A stretch of DNA of 64,000 nucleotides from Malacoraja senta (lineage: Eukaryota), in contig JAXLNO010005313.1 in the NCBI GenBank assembly GCA_038087875.1, positions 186,001 through 250,000 of the forward strand, given 5' to 3'. Positions within the stretch are counted from its first letter, which is position 1. Each line of letters opens with the position of its first letter. Positions 23,836-38,092 of this stretch are shown here, piece by piece. The notes under the pieces were generated by a model. That model saw only the letters and a list, made by a program, of their open reading frames with translations, was not told the DNA's origin and did not search any database. The position numbers were made by a program, and so were the translations under genes.

Positions 23836-26424
23836 TATATAGACATTTGCGGTGGTCTTTACCTTATAGCTATTTACAGGATCCCATGTACCAAATGGCC
23901 ACACATTTCCTCGCATTAGAACAGTGACTCTACTTTAAATGTAGGTTTTGGACAGCAAAATACTTGAGGATATTCTGAATTGTGGTAAACATTTTCTCCA
24001 CTTTTGTTCTCGTACAACTTTTATTTGTTGGAGGAAGGCAGTGAAAATGATCAAAATAAAATCCAACAATGAAGATAATTGACTCTGGATTTGGCACCAA
24101 CCTTTGTTAGATTAATAAAGGAGTAAAATATCACAGTACACCCATTGACCTCAAGGTTGGTTTAGACTTTGCACGAGTTGCCTTTGCAAAGAAGTACAGG
24201 CTATTCTGCAACAACATACGTTTCTATAATGCAATTTCGATAGAAAACGATGATGAATCAGGAAACACGATTTACATTAAGTGGGCGTGATTAGTTATAA
24301 TGCAATTTTAATCGGGAACTAGAGAACTACTTAAAAGTTACTTTGGGAATTGACAAGCAGAAATCAAAAAGCTGCCTTAAATTTAAACAGAATAGGGGAA
24401 AAGAACCCTGTTTCCGCACACTAATCAGACATCACTGTGCTTAAGAACACAGCTGCCACTTTAATCATGGATGGTTATTGAAATTGATAAGTAATCATTA
24501 ACACTTGTGCAATGATACGCTATTAATTAATCCACCATACAGTCTTTAGTATTTTTAGCTTGCATGAAGAAAAATAAACATTGCTATTTAAAATATCTTT
24601 ATTTCTGAAAATTCTGCAGGAAAAATAACTTTGTTATTGTGAGTCTTAAGTTCACTAGCCCCAAACCTCCTTTCCCCCACTGACACAATTGCTTTTATAA
24701 CTCTATTTTCTAGTGCAGGTTTGTTATGAACAACTATCACATTCAAGCAAAACTGACTGTACTATTCAAGCAAAACTAACTGTACTATTTTGTCTGCTCC
24801 AGCATATTCTAAACAAAGCAAGCCAGTTAGTCTGCCCATTTAGCATCTTTATTCTGCCTGCTTTTTCTTTCCAAGCCATAAAATGTAAAAGACAGTGTCC
24901 CTCTTATCACCAAATTATATTTTCTCCAATATTTGCGCCTCCACTGAAATAAATGTTTTCCAATTATTTTCTCTTCATTTTTGCATTATTTACAATCTCC
25001 TCGACCCCAAAGCCTGATTGCATTTCTGAGATTCTTCCTTTATTTTCGATAAAATAATCAACATCTTAGCAGATACAGTTGTAATCACTTTCTCGGCTCC
25101 CATTATTTTCTCTCCACAGAACAAATTGCCTTCATGTTGCCCCGCTTAATTTTCCTTACCCCAATGTATTACACACCTTGACTTTGCTATCTCAGGAATC
25201 CTCTTTATATCCTATGATTTCAACACCGACATGTTGCCTGTCCTGTACAAATCCCTCAGCCACCACCATTCTTAACCTTTCCAATGTAATTTCCTTTTAT
25301 GTTCATCCCTGAAAGATTATTTCTCCAAAATATCTCATAGCAATTATTGCCTCCAAAGACACTGACAGTAATTTTGTTCTAACTCTCAATTACCTTCCAG
25401 AACACCTAGCTGTTGACTACTTGAACAAATTCCATGTGAACACTTCTGATAATATTTTTTGATGCATTGCATTTCCCACTACTGCCCACCAGATCCTCTG
25501 CAAAAAAATCCTGAAATTGGTCAAAAGAATGTCTGAAACAGCATTAAGATGGTTTCTTCTCAGAAATGTACTGGGATGGTGACATGACACATCAGATAGT
25601 GCTATGCCTCACAGGTGCAGTCAACCACATTTGGTCCTGTTCTCTGTTGCTCTCTGTGTGGAGCTTGCATGTTTTTCCTGAGACCCAGCCTCCAGGTGTT
25701 CTTGTTTCCTGTCAGATCCCAAAGACTAATTAGCTACTGTAAATTACCTAGGGGTAGCTGGGTGGTAGGAGAACGAGGGAAGTTGATGAGTGTGAGAGAT
25801 TAAAATTCATGGGGAAAGTCCAAGTGGATACATTGTGTGACATGTTAAAAATAAAAATATGCACAGAAACAGGAACTGTGTGGTTTCTAACAGAACCACA
25901 CTCAATTTAGTGCTGCTACCAACACTTTACACCAAAGACAGAAGGTCATCAGCCTTAAAGGCATATCCCACATAGCAGCCACACAGCTGTTGCAGCCAGA
26001 ATAACTGTCAGGTAAGAGAAAGGAAGAGAGAAGGTACTCCACAATTCACACAAGAGTGTGCTGAAAAGCAGACACAAGAGATCGAGGCCAGGAGGGACAA
26101 TCAGCGTGGCAAAGTGAGCAAGGGCCAGAGCAACTATTAGAAGAGCCCAATGGCCAAGAACATGAATCCCCAAACATGAAGTAGCACCACAGGAAACTTC
26201 ACAAACTCACAGTGCAGGACAATGTTCACTCAAGACCAACCTAAATATTGCTTTCTCATGCTTCAAACACACAGCATTTGACACATACTTCTTGATGTCA
26301 CTATTTCCAAAGCAGTGGTACCATTATTCACCCCAGCCACTACCATTAACATTCTACACCCTCCAACAATGAAATTGATGCAAAACTACCAAAGGCACGA
26401 TTAAAAAATCACAATCTCCTTCAT

Positions 26425-27030
26425 CTCTACTGCAGTTGTACAGGGTCTTGGTGAGACCACACCTGGAGTATTGCGTACAGTTCTGGTCTCCAAATCTGAG
26501 GAAGGACATTATAGCCATAGAGGGAGTGCAGAGAAGGTTCACCAGACTGATTCCTGGGATGTCAGGACTTTCATATGAAGAAAGACTGGATAGACTTGGC
26601 TTATACTCGCTAGAATTTAGGAGATTGAGAGGGGATATTATAGAAACGTACAAAATTCTTATGGGGTTGGACAGGCTAGATGCAGGAAGATTGTTCCCGA
26701 TGTTGGGGAAGTCCAGGACAAGGGGTCACAGCATAAGGATAAGGGGGAAATCCTTTAAGACCGAGATGAGATAAAACCTTTTCACACAGAGAGTGGTGAA
26801 TCTCTGGAACTCTCTGCCACAGAGGGTAGTTGAGGCCAGTTCATTGGCTATATTTAAGAGGGAGTTAGATGTGGCCCTTGTGGCTAAAGGGATCAGGGGG
26901 TATGGAGAGAAGGCAGGTACGGGATACTGAGTTGGATGATCAGCCATGATCATATTGAATGGCGGTGCAGGCTCGAAGGGCCGAATGGCCTACTCCTGCA
27001 CCTATTTTCTATGTATCTATGTATGTATCT
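26425..27030 (+). mobile_element. CR1-type LINE 3' fragment (young)
   Basis: ORF 26436..26774 [18 protein letters not shown]...SFKTEMR; ctatgtat tail. Confidence 0.92.
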
Positions 27031-27299
27031 CTTCAATTTAAGCAAAGGCATTTTGAGGGAGATTGTCTGTATGGGAGGGCAGGACTTCACAAATGCAACA
27101 CCAACTTCCAATGGAGGAGGACCTCCGGCACTAGACAGATTAACTACTGAGTCCTAAAGTACCCCAGAGCAATTGTGCTCCAAAGTCTGAAGAAGGGTCC
27201 CGATCAAAACATCATCTATCCATGCTCTGCAGAGATGCTGCCTGACTCACTGAGTTACTACAGCATTTTATATCCTTCTGTGATCCACAATCTGTGTCT

Positions 27300-28108
27300 C
27301 AGATTCAGATTCAATATTATTGTCATTGCACTTTTCAGTACAACTAAATGGTTTAGCCTGCAGTCATAACAAAGAATAAATAACAAAACACACACTCAAC
27401 ACAGTTTTACATCCACCACAGTGAGTCCACCAGGCACCTCCTCACTGTGATGGAAGGCAAAAGTCCCAAAGTCCTTGTCTCTTCCCTCCTTGCTCTCCCT
27501 CTGCGCTGTGGGGATCCAGGCCTCCGATGTTGTGACCCCGCCGGGCGATGGTAAGCAAGTCCCGCGGCTGAATCCGAGCTCCACGAACGGGCCGGTTCAA
27601 ACTCCGCGGCCCGGGGCGGTCGAAGCTGCCGAAGCTGCCGCCCTCCAGTCCAGCGGAAGAAGATGTTGTTGCGGGAGCTCCGGAAAAACAGGTCACCAAC
27701 CTGTGACCTGCGAGCTCCCGACGATGATGTCGTCCACTGGCCCGCGGCCGAGGCTCCAATGTCGGATCAGAAGTCGGGTCGCAACGCCACCACAGCCCCG
27801 AATTCGGCCAGCCTCGCATTGGTAAGTCCTGGCTCGGCCTCCGGAGCCTCGAGGTCGGTCCCAGTTGGAGGCCGCCAGCTCTGCGATAGGCCTCAGCGCA
27901 GACGGAGACGGAGACGGAGGATACGGCAAGAAAGGTCGTATCCCCCCCGAAGGAAGTAAAAAAACATGTTTCTCTCACCCCCCCACACATACACAACTAA
28001 AATAAACTGAAATAAACTGTAACAACGGGACAAAAGAAAACAAAAAAAAGAAAAGACAAACGGACTGCAGGCGAGCCGCAGCTGGAAGGCAGCGCTTGCC
28101 ACTTCCGG
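27300..28108 (-). mobile_element. CpG-rich non-autonomous (bipartite) retroposon
   Basis: 5' end CCGGAAGTGGC...gctcgcctgcagtccgtttgtc; block ttttgccttccatcacagtgaggagg...actgtggtggatgt shared with 36350-37105 and 37400-38092; 3' gtgcaatgacaataa plus (tgaatc)n tail. Confidence 0.65.
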
Positions 28109-28371
28109 TCTCGTGGTGATCATAGCACTCTCTTTGATCTGATCAATAGTGAATGTTCTCATTACCACCTGTGCCTTGCAATACTGTAAAGATGTTTTGT
28201 CTACAGCTTACAACAGAGCTACATTTGTCTTTGCTGGGATTGGGATGGGCAGGAGAACCGGGAGAGGACACTGGAGGATGGGATGGCAGTGAGGATGTTG
28301 CCACTGTTATGGAAATAACAACATCAATAAGTATGTGTCGAATGCTAAATAAACTTTAAATCTGTACAGGA

Positions 28372-28985
28372 TGTGTAGGAAGGAACTGCAGGTGATGGTT
28401 GGAAATATAGACGTTGCAAAAATATAGATGGTTGCAAAAAAACTGAATATAGACACAAAAAGCTAGAGTACCTCAGCGGGTCAGGCAACATCTCTGGAGA
28501 AAAGTAATAGGTGAGATTTCGGGTCGAGACCCTTCTGCAGACTGAATGTCAGGAGAAAGGGAAACGAGAGATATAGACGGTGATATAAAGATATACAACA
28601 AATGAATGAAAGATATGCAAAAATATCAATGATCAAGGAAATATGGAGCCCACAATGATCCATTGATGGCTGTGGGCTAGGTGATAATGAGTTATACAGA
28701 AAGTGAAACTCAACAGAACGACAGCAAAACTAGTACGATGATTAGGGTGAGGGAGGGACGGAGAGAGAGGGGATGCAAGAGTTACTTGAAGTTAGAGAAA
28801 TCAATATTCATACCGCTGGTTTGTAAGCTGCCCAAGCAAAATATGAGGTGCTGTTCCTCCAATTTATGTTTGACCTCACTCTGGCAATGGAGGAGGCTCG
28901 GGACAGATAGGTCAGTGTGGGAATGGGAGGGGGAGTTAAAGTCTTTGGCAACCGGGAGATCATGTAGGCCAAGGTTGAGCGAAGG
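28372..28985 (-). mobile_element. Penelope-like element 3' end (GIY-YIG C-terminus, 3'UTR, terminal repeat)
   Basis: Minus frame LPVAKDFNSPSHSHTDLSVPSLLHCQSEVKHKLEEQHLIFCLGSLQTSGMNIDFSNFK* (stop 28782-28784); hammerhead-like motif at ~28513-28540. Confidence 0.85.
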
Positions 28986-29129
28986 TGGTCAGCACCGAAC
29001 TCTGCGGCACTCCACTGGTCAGAGACCTCTCATCAGAGAAACAACCCTTCACAACTACCCTCGGATTCCTTTGAAATTCTATGCAATCTAACTTCCATGC
29101 TGGTTCACCATGTGGGATTATTATAACAT

Positions 29130-29505
29130 AATGAGGTGATCTTATAGAGGTGTACAAGATCATGAGGGGAATAGAGAGGGTAGATGCACAAAGTATTTTA
29201 CCCAGAGTAGGGGAATCAAGAACCAGAGGACATAGCTTTAAGGTGAGAGGGGAAAGATAGGAACCAGAAGAGCATTTTTATTTTCACACAGAGGGTGGTG
29301 AGTATAAGGAACAAGCTGCCAGAGGAGGTAGTTGAGGCAGGTAATATAAAAACTTTAAAAAGATAATTGGCAGGTACATGGATAGGAAAGGTTTAGAGGG
29401 ATATGGGCCAAACGTGGGCAGGTGGGACTAGTGTAGATATGGCATCTTGGTGGCCATGGGCAAATTGTGCCAAAGGGCCTGTTTCCATGCTGTATGACTC
29501 TATTG
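29130..29505 (+). mobile_element. CR1-type LINE 3' end
   Basis: gaggtgatcttatagaggtgtacaagatcatgagggg...tttccatgctgtatgactctat. Confidence 0.8.
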
Positions 29506-29825
29506 AAGGAGAACGCAGCCCTACATCAGAGGCAGGAAAGAGTGCATGATTAAATGAAGTACATGTGACGACTCTAGTGTATGTACAAATAGAAGTCTAG
29601 ACTCAGTGGGCTGAATGATTTGTCTCTCCGCTACACAGTACTCGACCATGCAGTAATTTCAGAATGTTATTCGCAAATGGAAATAAAACATATCCAAAAG
29701 AAATGGACAGAAATTTCAGTAAAATAAAACAGCTGCAAAAAAAGGTGCACTCTGTAATGCTTTTATGACATGGACATCATTGGGTGTTTATCGCTGTACC
29801 CATGGTTTAGAATCAGTGGTGTTAG

Positions 29826-30522
29826 GCAACAGCTGGGGATCCAATGCACACACCCTCCGTACCGCAAGCTTAGCCCTAGTCTACTCAACAGCCGAGTTTT
29901 GATCAACAGCTTGGGCTAATAGCTGCCACACCAAACGAGTTGACACTGACCTTAACTCTGCAATGCGGGTCATCACAGGGACGCTTAAGTCAACATCTTT
30001 GCAGTGGCTCCCTGTCCTCTCTCATATCACCCCTCCCAGCATACGCAGAAGGGAGAGGATATTGAAAGATTGGTGCATCATTGAGGCTAACCCTGACCTT
30101 CCCATCCATGCTGACTTGAACAATCTGCCCAATAAGCGCCTGAAGTCCCGCACACCCTTCTGGTCTTCAGTCAAATCCCTGGAAGACTATGATTCCAAGA
30201 CTGAGTGGCGCAGAACCTGGAAAGATGCCAACATCAACAACAGAGAGGTCATCACAGCCCCCACAGTGAAACCATCAGGATTTGACCTCCATCGCAAGCA
30301 ACAGAACAGCCCATCACCTGCATAAGTGCGGGATGACAGACAGCCCTGCATGCGACTGCAGATATCCAGACCAGACCATCCCACACGTCGCGAATGACTG
30401 CTCACTGAGGCTTTTCCCTGGTGGCATCAAAGCCATCCACCCAGTAACTGATGCTGTCCTGGCCTAGATGTCTACCCTTGACCTACAACTTTAGGCTGTG
30501 CACGTCATACACAAGAGGTAGA
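29826..30522 (+). mobile_element. Vingi/Ingi-like LINE 3' fragment with 11-bp TSD
   Basis: WGSNAHTLRTASLALVYSTAEF*...LNSAMRVITGTLKSTSLQWLPVLSHITPPSIRR; C-terminal SPACDC..QTIPHVANDC knuckle; GAA-like tail; flanks AGTGGTGTTAG (29815-29825) and AGCGGTGTTAG (30523-30533). Confidence 0.7.
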
Positions 30523-30673
30523 AGCGGTGTTAGCTTACATATTGACCTGTATAAGCTCAGGTAAGTGTGTTATGAAGGGTGAACTGTAATTGATTTTCTT
30601 ACTATGGATATGCATACAACCAAATGCAATGCTTTAATAAGCTGCGATTTTTGCTTGCCTGAATGTTTATTCA

Positions 30674-31069
<396 letters not shown>

Positions 31070-33412
31070 TCATTCATAGTAAGTCTTTTGAAAATGTTTT
31101 GGCAAATAAATGTGCAAGGTTAATAAGGTCATAAGTGATAAGAGTAGAATTAGGCCATTCGGCCCATTGAGTCTACTTCGTCATTCAATCATGGCTGATC
31201 TAACCCCATTCTCCTCCTTCTGCAGTGAGCCTAATGAGCAATAAACAAATAATGATTATCCTTCCTTAAGAAATACATCACAGCTGCAAAAGTCAAAAGC
31301 ACCGCGCTAACATCAATAGAGTTTGATTCATAAACTAGGCAGTGGATGCTGAGCAGTTTGTAACTCCTGCTCGGAACACAGATGGTGCCTTTGGGTGGCC
31401 GTCTTCAAGTTATGGGTTGTGAGAGACCATAAACCTCAGCCACTAGACTGGACCGACCATCTACCTCATAGAAGTTTTGGACCAATATCAGTCAAGCATA
31501 ATCAGTCTGTGAATTATTCAATGACACTATCTCCTGGGAAGACAGGTTTTGTATAACAACAGCAATAATAACTGTTTTTGGACACCACCTTGCCAAACTC
31601 CCTAACATTGAACAATAGAGCACAAGAACAGGTCCTTCAGCCTACAATGTCTGTGCCAAACATGATGCCAAGACCATCTGTTATCTACATGAACATAATC
31701 CACATCCCTCCATTCCCTGCATATCAATATGCCTATCCAAAAGCCTCTTAAAAGCCAGTATCATAGCTGACTCAACCACCAACCCCAACAGCACATTCCA
31801 GGCACTCACCAACCTCTGTGTATAAAAAACTTGTTCGGCACATCTCCTTTATCCTTTGACCTTCACACCTGATGTATGAAGATTTTTTATGGGTTTTTTA
31901 ACTTTCCCAATATTAACTGGGGTTGCCCTTAGTTTAAGGGACTTAAATGGGGTGGAATTCAGAAAATGCATTTGAGGGATTTTTTTTTAAAGCAGTATGT
32001 CGATGGTCCTACTAAGCAATTGGGCTGGTACTTTGATAGGAAAGAAGCAGAGGGATACAGGCCTAATATGGGCAAATGGGATTATAGGTTGGAGTCACAC
32101 ATAGACAGCATGGATGAGTTGGGTCAGAGTCTGTTTCTATGCCGTATAATTCTTTTGCTCTATTAAAGGCACTTGTAAAATTCACAGTACGCAGTTTATT
32201 CCTCAATGCATTCATACTTTTTAAATCTTTTCTTTGAAAGTGACAATTTGAAACTGCTTAAAATGAGGGAGCTAGGAGGTGCTAATATATCAGTAAGATC
32301 TTTCCCTGTAGCTCTGCAATATTTTCCTCTTAAAGCCCTGTTGTCAGATCGGGTTCCAAACTTTTTGCCCCAGATCACAGAAACAATATTTGGCATTCAT
32401 TGAATTTGACACTGCAAGCAGTTTCTCTTAATAGATTCAATAAAACCCTAGATGAATTTGAACACATCAATCAAAACTATCCCTGGTCTAATAAAAGTTA
32501 TTCCAGCTTCTGCAGTGTTGGAACATTTTGGTGATGAACTTCCCTGTGACAGATGGGGATCCTCTGTGGTTATCACAATTGGACCTCGTGTTTCTTGAAG
32601 ATGGTCATGATTGGGGCATCTGAGGTCCCCTGGCCCATTCACCTCTTCGTAGAAACAGGAGATGAACTTGTGAATTGCTGACCAGTGTCCTTTACTGCCA
32701 ATCTATAGAACATCAGTTAATATACTGTTTAATCCAAAGCCTTGTTGATTTTTTTATTGGCATTTGACCTTATCAACCCTTTGTGGATCAAGGGTAGCAG
32801 TGTATGGGATGTAGTCAATTAAACTTGTGTCAAGGAGTGATTTACAGTAAAGGGGTTCTTTTAAATGTCTCTGTCATCTGCTTTCACCAGGGTTGGCCCT
32901 GGGGTTGCTAATTGTCTTGTATGACTGAAGAATCTGAAATTATGGTTTTGGAAGAGTGACTGGAAAGCCTGCAGCTTTCCCCCCTGTCCTCTGTTCATTA
33001 TGCCACATGTGTTCTGTTATACTTCCGCCATCAGATGCCTGTAGAGCTATCTTATTTTTCGTGAGCATTAGTTCTTGCCAATCTAAGAACCATTATTGTT
33101 TGCAATTAATTACATCATGGATCGCTTAGTTATCACCATCAAATTGGTGCCTTCTGGAAGAAAAGCCATATATCAACTTCATCAGCCACCTGAGCATGCA
33201 GCATCTACCTTGAGGGTGATGATTGGTTGGTTGACCTTCATTGCATGCTCCCAGTATTTTCAAAGAATCTAGAGTGGCACATTCCCTCTATGTTAAAACC
33301 AAATGGAATGACAACTTCTCACTGAAGAGAAGTGAACACTGGGGGTTACTCCCTTTAGTCTCCTGACTGACATGAGAGTTACAAGGATAACAGAATGACA
33401 ATCATACAATTA

Positions 33413-33568
<156 letters not shown>

Positions 33569-35920
33569 CTATGGAAGAAAAGCAGAAATCAGTGGTAGCT
33601 CTTTGTTCTTGCATCTTGCTGACTTGCAAAGACTTCACTGCATCTTTGTTTTCACTCAAATTGTTAGCCGTCCATCCAACCAGCACTATACATCGTTTTC
33701 AGCATATGTACTAGGGTGGTTTAAGGAGGAGACTCAATCCCTTCCTAAAGCCAATTAGGATTGGGTAATAAACACTGACCTTTCTTTTAATATCTGCACC
33801 ATTTGAATGAATGAGGAGAAAATTACAAAATATAATATTTTCACTTAACAACATTTTGAAAAGGAAGGTCTAAAACCTTAATCTGCCAATCTTTAATTTA
33901 GTTTATTGTCACGTGTACCGAGGTACAGTGAAAAGCTCCAATGGATCAATAAATCATTGAGTGGCTAGGGCCATGCACCTCCACCACAAGCCATTACAAG
34001 CTGTGCATTATTCAGCAGTATTTCACCAGGGAGTTGGGAAAGGAAGCTATGAACAGGGTAGTGGTGGTGATGGTGGGCACGTATGGTGGTTTGTGCTGAA
34101 AAGACATCAGGAATTGTGGAGGTTGCAAACCTCATGAAATGGAAGAGTGGTGACCAGGTCGGATTTAAATTTTTCCAAGGTGTAGGGATGCTTTTATCTG
34201 AGATATTCAATATTGCAGTGAGGATCGCGAGCAGCAATGAAGTCCCTTGCATGCAGCTATAGCTGGTGTAGGATTGATTTCCATTGTCAATAGTTAAAAT
34301 GGCAGGTATTGCCATACTGTCACCCTGCCAGTTTAAAGCCTTTGAGGGGAAGTTTCTCAGGATTAAACTTCACCCTGCCTCACTCACTGCACTAATCACA
34401 ACTTAGCTGAAGAAAACCTACTGCCACTTCCATTTCAACTTATCTTAGGTCAGTCTGCAGTATCCCATTCATGTGCGGAGTTTCAGCTGACAGATAAAAA
34501 ATAAATCCCTTTAAAAAGGTAATAAGTTATAGAAAACATTGGTTAGGACACCGCTGAAGCGCAGTTCTGATCCACATACTATGGGAAGGACATGATTGTA
34601 CTGGAGCATGTTCAGGGCAGGTTTACAAGGATGAAGACACAAAGTGCTGAAGTAAAACAGCGGGTCAGGCAGCATCTCTGGAGAAAAAGTATGGGTGACA
34701 TTTTGGGTCGGAACCCTTCTTCAGATCCTGGATTACAAGGATATAACTTGGTATAGAGTGTTTCAACTGCAAGGAGAGACTGGACAGGATGAGCTTGTTT
34801 TCCTTGGAACAGCGAAGACTGGGAGGGGGGTGGGTTGAGGGAACTTGATTGGGACAATCAAAATCTTAGGGGGCTTCCTTACTCTTACCAGAGGTAACTC
34901 TAAAGGGACAGCTGGGGTTCAAGGAAGCGGGAGGATTTAAAGGGGGAACTGAGGTAAATATGGACAAACTGGGGAGCTTAAGGTAGGGTTTCAGTTTTGT
35001 AACATAAATACACTACTAAAAACCCCAATCCAGTTTGTGCTGACATGAAATTGCAATGCCAGTACTGTTTATAGCAACAAAATGTACCTGACCACAGGAT
35101 TATTTTTGAAAATGATTTTTTTTTTTTTTAAATCTTGCCTTTAAAAATAGAAGACGTAACACTTAGAAGGATTTGAAGGAAGAGGGAAAAACAGGCTGGG
35201 AGGTCAGCCATGAGCCATTGCCACTGTGTGAGCACAGGCATTTAGAAACTGGCTACATGATTAAACGACTGAGACTTGGAACATTTGGCAAGTGGTTGAG
35301 ACATAAGGCAAACTAATCAAACATTTGAGGCGGATGGAGGTCAGACTCTGAGGAGGATGCAAGAAAGCAAAGCTAGCTTTGGAATGTTCCAACAGAGCAA
35401 GCACAAACTTAATGGACTGTTACATTTCTTACCTCATGGTTACTTTGGAAGGCTTACCTTTTTTAGTTTAAATTGGAAAAAAAAGACTTGCATTCAACAT
35501 AATATTTTCAGTTTGAAACAACACTCCCTTGTTTTGTTCATTTGCAGTATTTGTTGGTTCATACCAATATGTCAATAGTTCCTTCCTGCAGATCAAGTAT
35601 TGTCAGGGCTACATTCATCTTCTAATCTGGGCACTATTTCCATTACAGGGTAAGTAGGATTTCTCCTGTTATATAACCTTTCCATTTATACAACGTAAGA
35701 TGAAACTGTTGATTTATTCAAAGAGCACCGTCTAGGCAATTCCAGTTTAATTAACATCACTCAAACTCAAATTAAGGGCCCACCGCCAAGATTCTCATTA
35801 TACAGTCAAAGCATTTATAAGCCGTATGCAGATGACAAATCAACAGTAGCTCCATGCATGTCAATGTGGTAAATGTATGCTGCAACACTTCTCTGTCAAA
35901 GCCAATCTGAAACTCTATAC

Positions 35921-36038
35921 CTGAGCAAAAAGATACATCATTATAGAATCATCAATGAAAGGGCTCTCTGTACCCTTGGTAACACTATAACGATATGCTC
36001 TCCTGTGTCCAGGGCTATACCAATGTGGAAAGTAGAAT
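35921..36038 (-). CDS. JAK2: JAK2 coding exon (human exon 5 equivalent, 118 nt), FERM
   Basis: FYFPHWYSPGHRRAYRYSVTKGTESPFIDDSIMMYLFAQ; cag acceptor and CAG|gtatag donor. Confidence 0.96.
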
Positions 36039-36349
36039 CTGTGGAGGGAATATAAAAATGGTTACTTCAATCATGGAATTAAATTCTTAGTTTAGTCTAA
36101 AGACTGTAACGTAATCAAATCTAATTGCTATGCAAGATCTATTAGCACAAGGAGTATTTGACTTATAGGTTGCACACTGACCTCTAAATATTCAAAATAA
36201 AGTATCTGAATAGATCAGAAAATTACAGTATCAGCCCCACAACCTGCAGAATAAACTATTGTACAGTTACTTGTCTGCTAAGTGTAATGGTTCATAAGTT
36301 CTAGGAGCAGAATTAAGCCATTCGGCTCAGCAAGTCTACTCCGCCATTC

Positions 36350-37105
36350 CACCAGGTGGCGCTTCGATGGCAGCCTCGCCTAGTCTGTCTGTCCTTTTTG
36401 TCTTTTTTTTGTGTTATTTTTAGTGTGTTTAAAAAGTATGTGTTAATGTTCTCTGGTTTGTTTTATGTGGGGGGTGGGCGGGGGAAACTTTTTTTCAATC
36501 TCTTACTTTGTCGGAGATGCGTATCGTATCTCCGGTCACTCTGCGGCCTAACATCATGGAGCTGGGGACCTTGCTCGGGACTGACTTTGAGTTCCACCGC
36601 GGGGCGTGGACTTACCATCGGAGCCGATTCCTTGCCTGGGATCGACGCTCCAACCACGGCCTGCGGACTTTAACATCGCGGAGCTCGCAGTCTCGGGTAG
36701 AGACCAAGTCGGGAAGCTCCAAAAGCCGCACGATGTTCGACTAGCCCCGACCGGGGTAGATCGCCTGGCGCGGGTGGGGGGGGGGGGCTGAGATTCCTCC
36801 CCGATGCAGGAGCTTGATCGCCTGACGAGGAGGCCCAACGAGGAGACCCGCCGCCGGCTACGAGAGCCAAGATCGTCCCAGCAACGGAAGGTTAGAGGCC
36901 CCTGACCGCTGGAGTACAAAGAAGGGAGAGATTGAACATTTTTTTGCCTTCCAGTGAGGAACACGGAGGAGTCACTGTGGTGGATGATTATGTTAAAATG
37001 TATTTTGTGTGTTCTGTTGCTTTTTATTGGTTTGACTATGGCAAATCAAATTCCTCGTATGTTCCAAAACATACTTGGCTAATAAAGTATGATTATGATT
37101 ATGAT
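36350..37105 (+). mobile_element. CpG-rich non-autonomous retroposon inserted into a CR1 tail
   Basis: 5' ggtggcgcttcgatggcagcctcgcc; shared central and 3' blocks; AATAAA plus (TATGAT)n tail. CR1-tail sequence at 36290-36349 resumes at ~37105. Confidence 0.65.
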
Positions 37106-37399
37106 TTATCTTTCCCTCTCATCCCCATTCTCCCGCCTTCGCACCATAACCGCTGACACCTATACTAAACAAAGTATTACTAAACTTTCTAAAGGTAATT
37201 GAACATATATCTTTAAAGGAAATAATTCCTGAGCTGAGTGTAAAGTCCAGCTGAGTGGTTCTAATTTAACAGAGACCTCCTTCTGTCCAATCAGGCAACA
37301 TTTTATTCCACAATTCTGCAGTTTTTCATGGTCAGTGTAAGGTTATTAATGTATGCAAAGATACTTAAAATGCAGTGTTTACCTCTAGGACTGGATCTA

Positions 37400-38092
37400 G
37401 CCTCTGGCGCCAGCATTGGCTGCCTCGCCAACAGTCTATATGTCCTTTGTGTTTTAATAGTATGTGATAAATGTATGTTTTTAGTGTTCTTTAGCTTGTT
37501 TGATGTGGAGGGTGGGTGGTGGGGGTTGGGGGAAACTTTTTCTAATCTCTTACCTCGACGGAGATGCAATTTTTTTCTGTATCATATCTCCGTCTGCACT
37601 GCGGCCTAACACCGAGGATTTGGCGGCCTTTGCTGGAGACCGATTTCGAGAGCTCCACAGCGGGTGCCTATGGGACTTTAGCATTATGGAGCTCGCGATC
37701 CTTTTGCCAGGGATCGACCTCGGAGCGCCAACCGTGGGTACTTGCGGACTTTAACATCACGGAGCCTATGTTCTCTGGTCAGAGACCGACTTTGTGAACT
37801 CCAAGCCGTGGGAGTTTCGACCGCCCCGACGCAGGAGTTTTGATCGCCTCGACGCGGGAGCTTCGACCGCCGGCTGTGGGAGCTTCGATCGCCCCGATGG
37901 AGAACAAAGAGGAAGAAGATTGGACTTTATTGCCTTCCATCACAGTGAGGAATCCGCTGTGGTGGATGTTTATGTTAACTTTTATGTAGTGTGTGTCTTG
38001 TTGCGTTTTATTTTCGTATGGCTGTAGCTTATGGTAATTCGCATATCACTGTACCTTAATTGGTACCTTAAAAGACCTTTGAAACCCTTGAA
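37400..38092 (+). mobile_element. CpG-rich non-autonomous retroposon (related subfamily)
   Basis: 5' tggcgccagcattggctgcctcgcc; gcggactttaacatc and ttgccttccatcacagtgagg blocks; 3' stem-loop actgtaccttaattggtac. Confidence 0.65.

Noticed and set aside
24741-24786. 23-bp tandem duplication (attcaagcaaaactgactgtact x2)
   Set aside because: Ordinary slippage duplication with no further structure.
27396-28168. Overlapping 60-184-aa ORFs on both strands (also 36356-38027 and 10988-11421)
   Set aside because: Stop-poor GC-rich repeat sequence with no recognisable domains.
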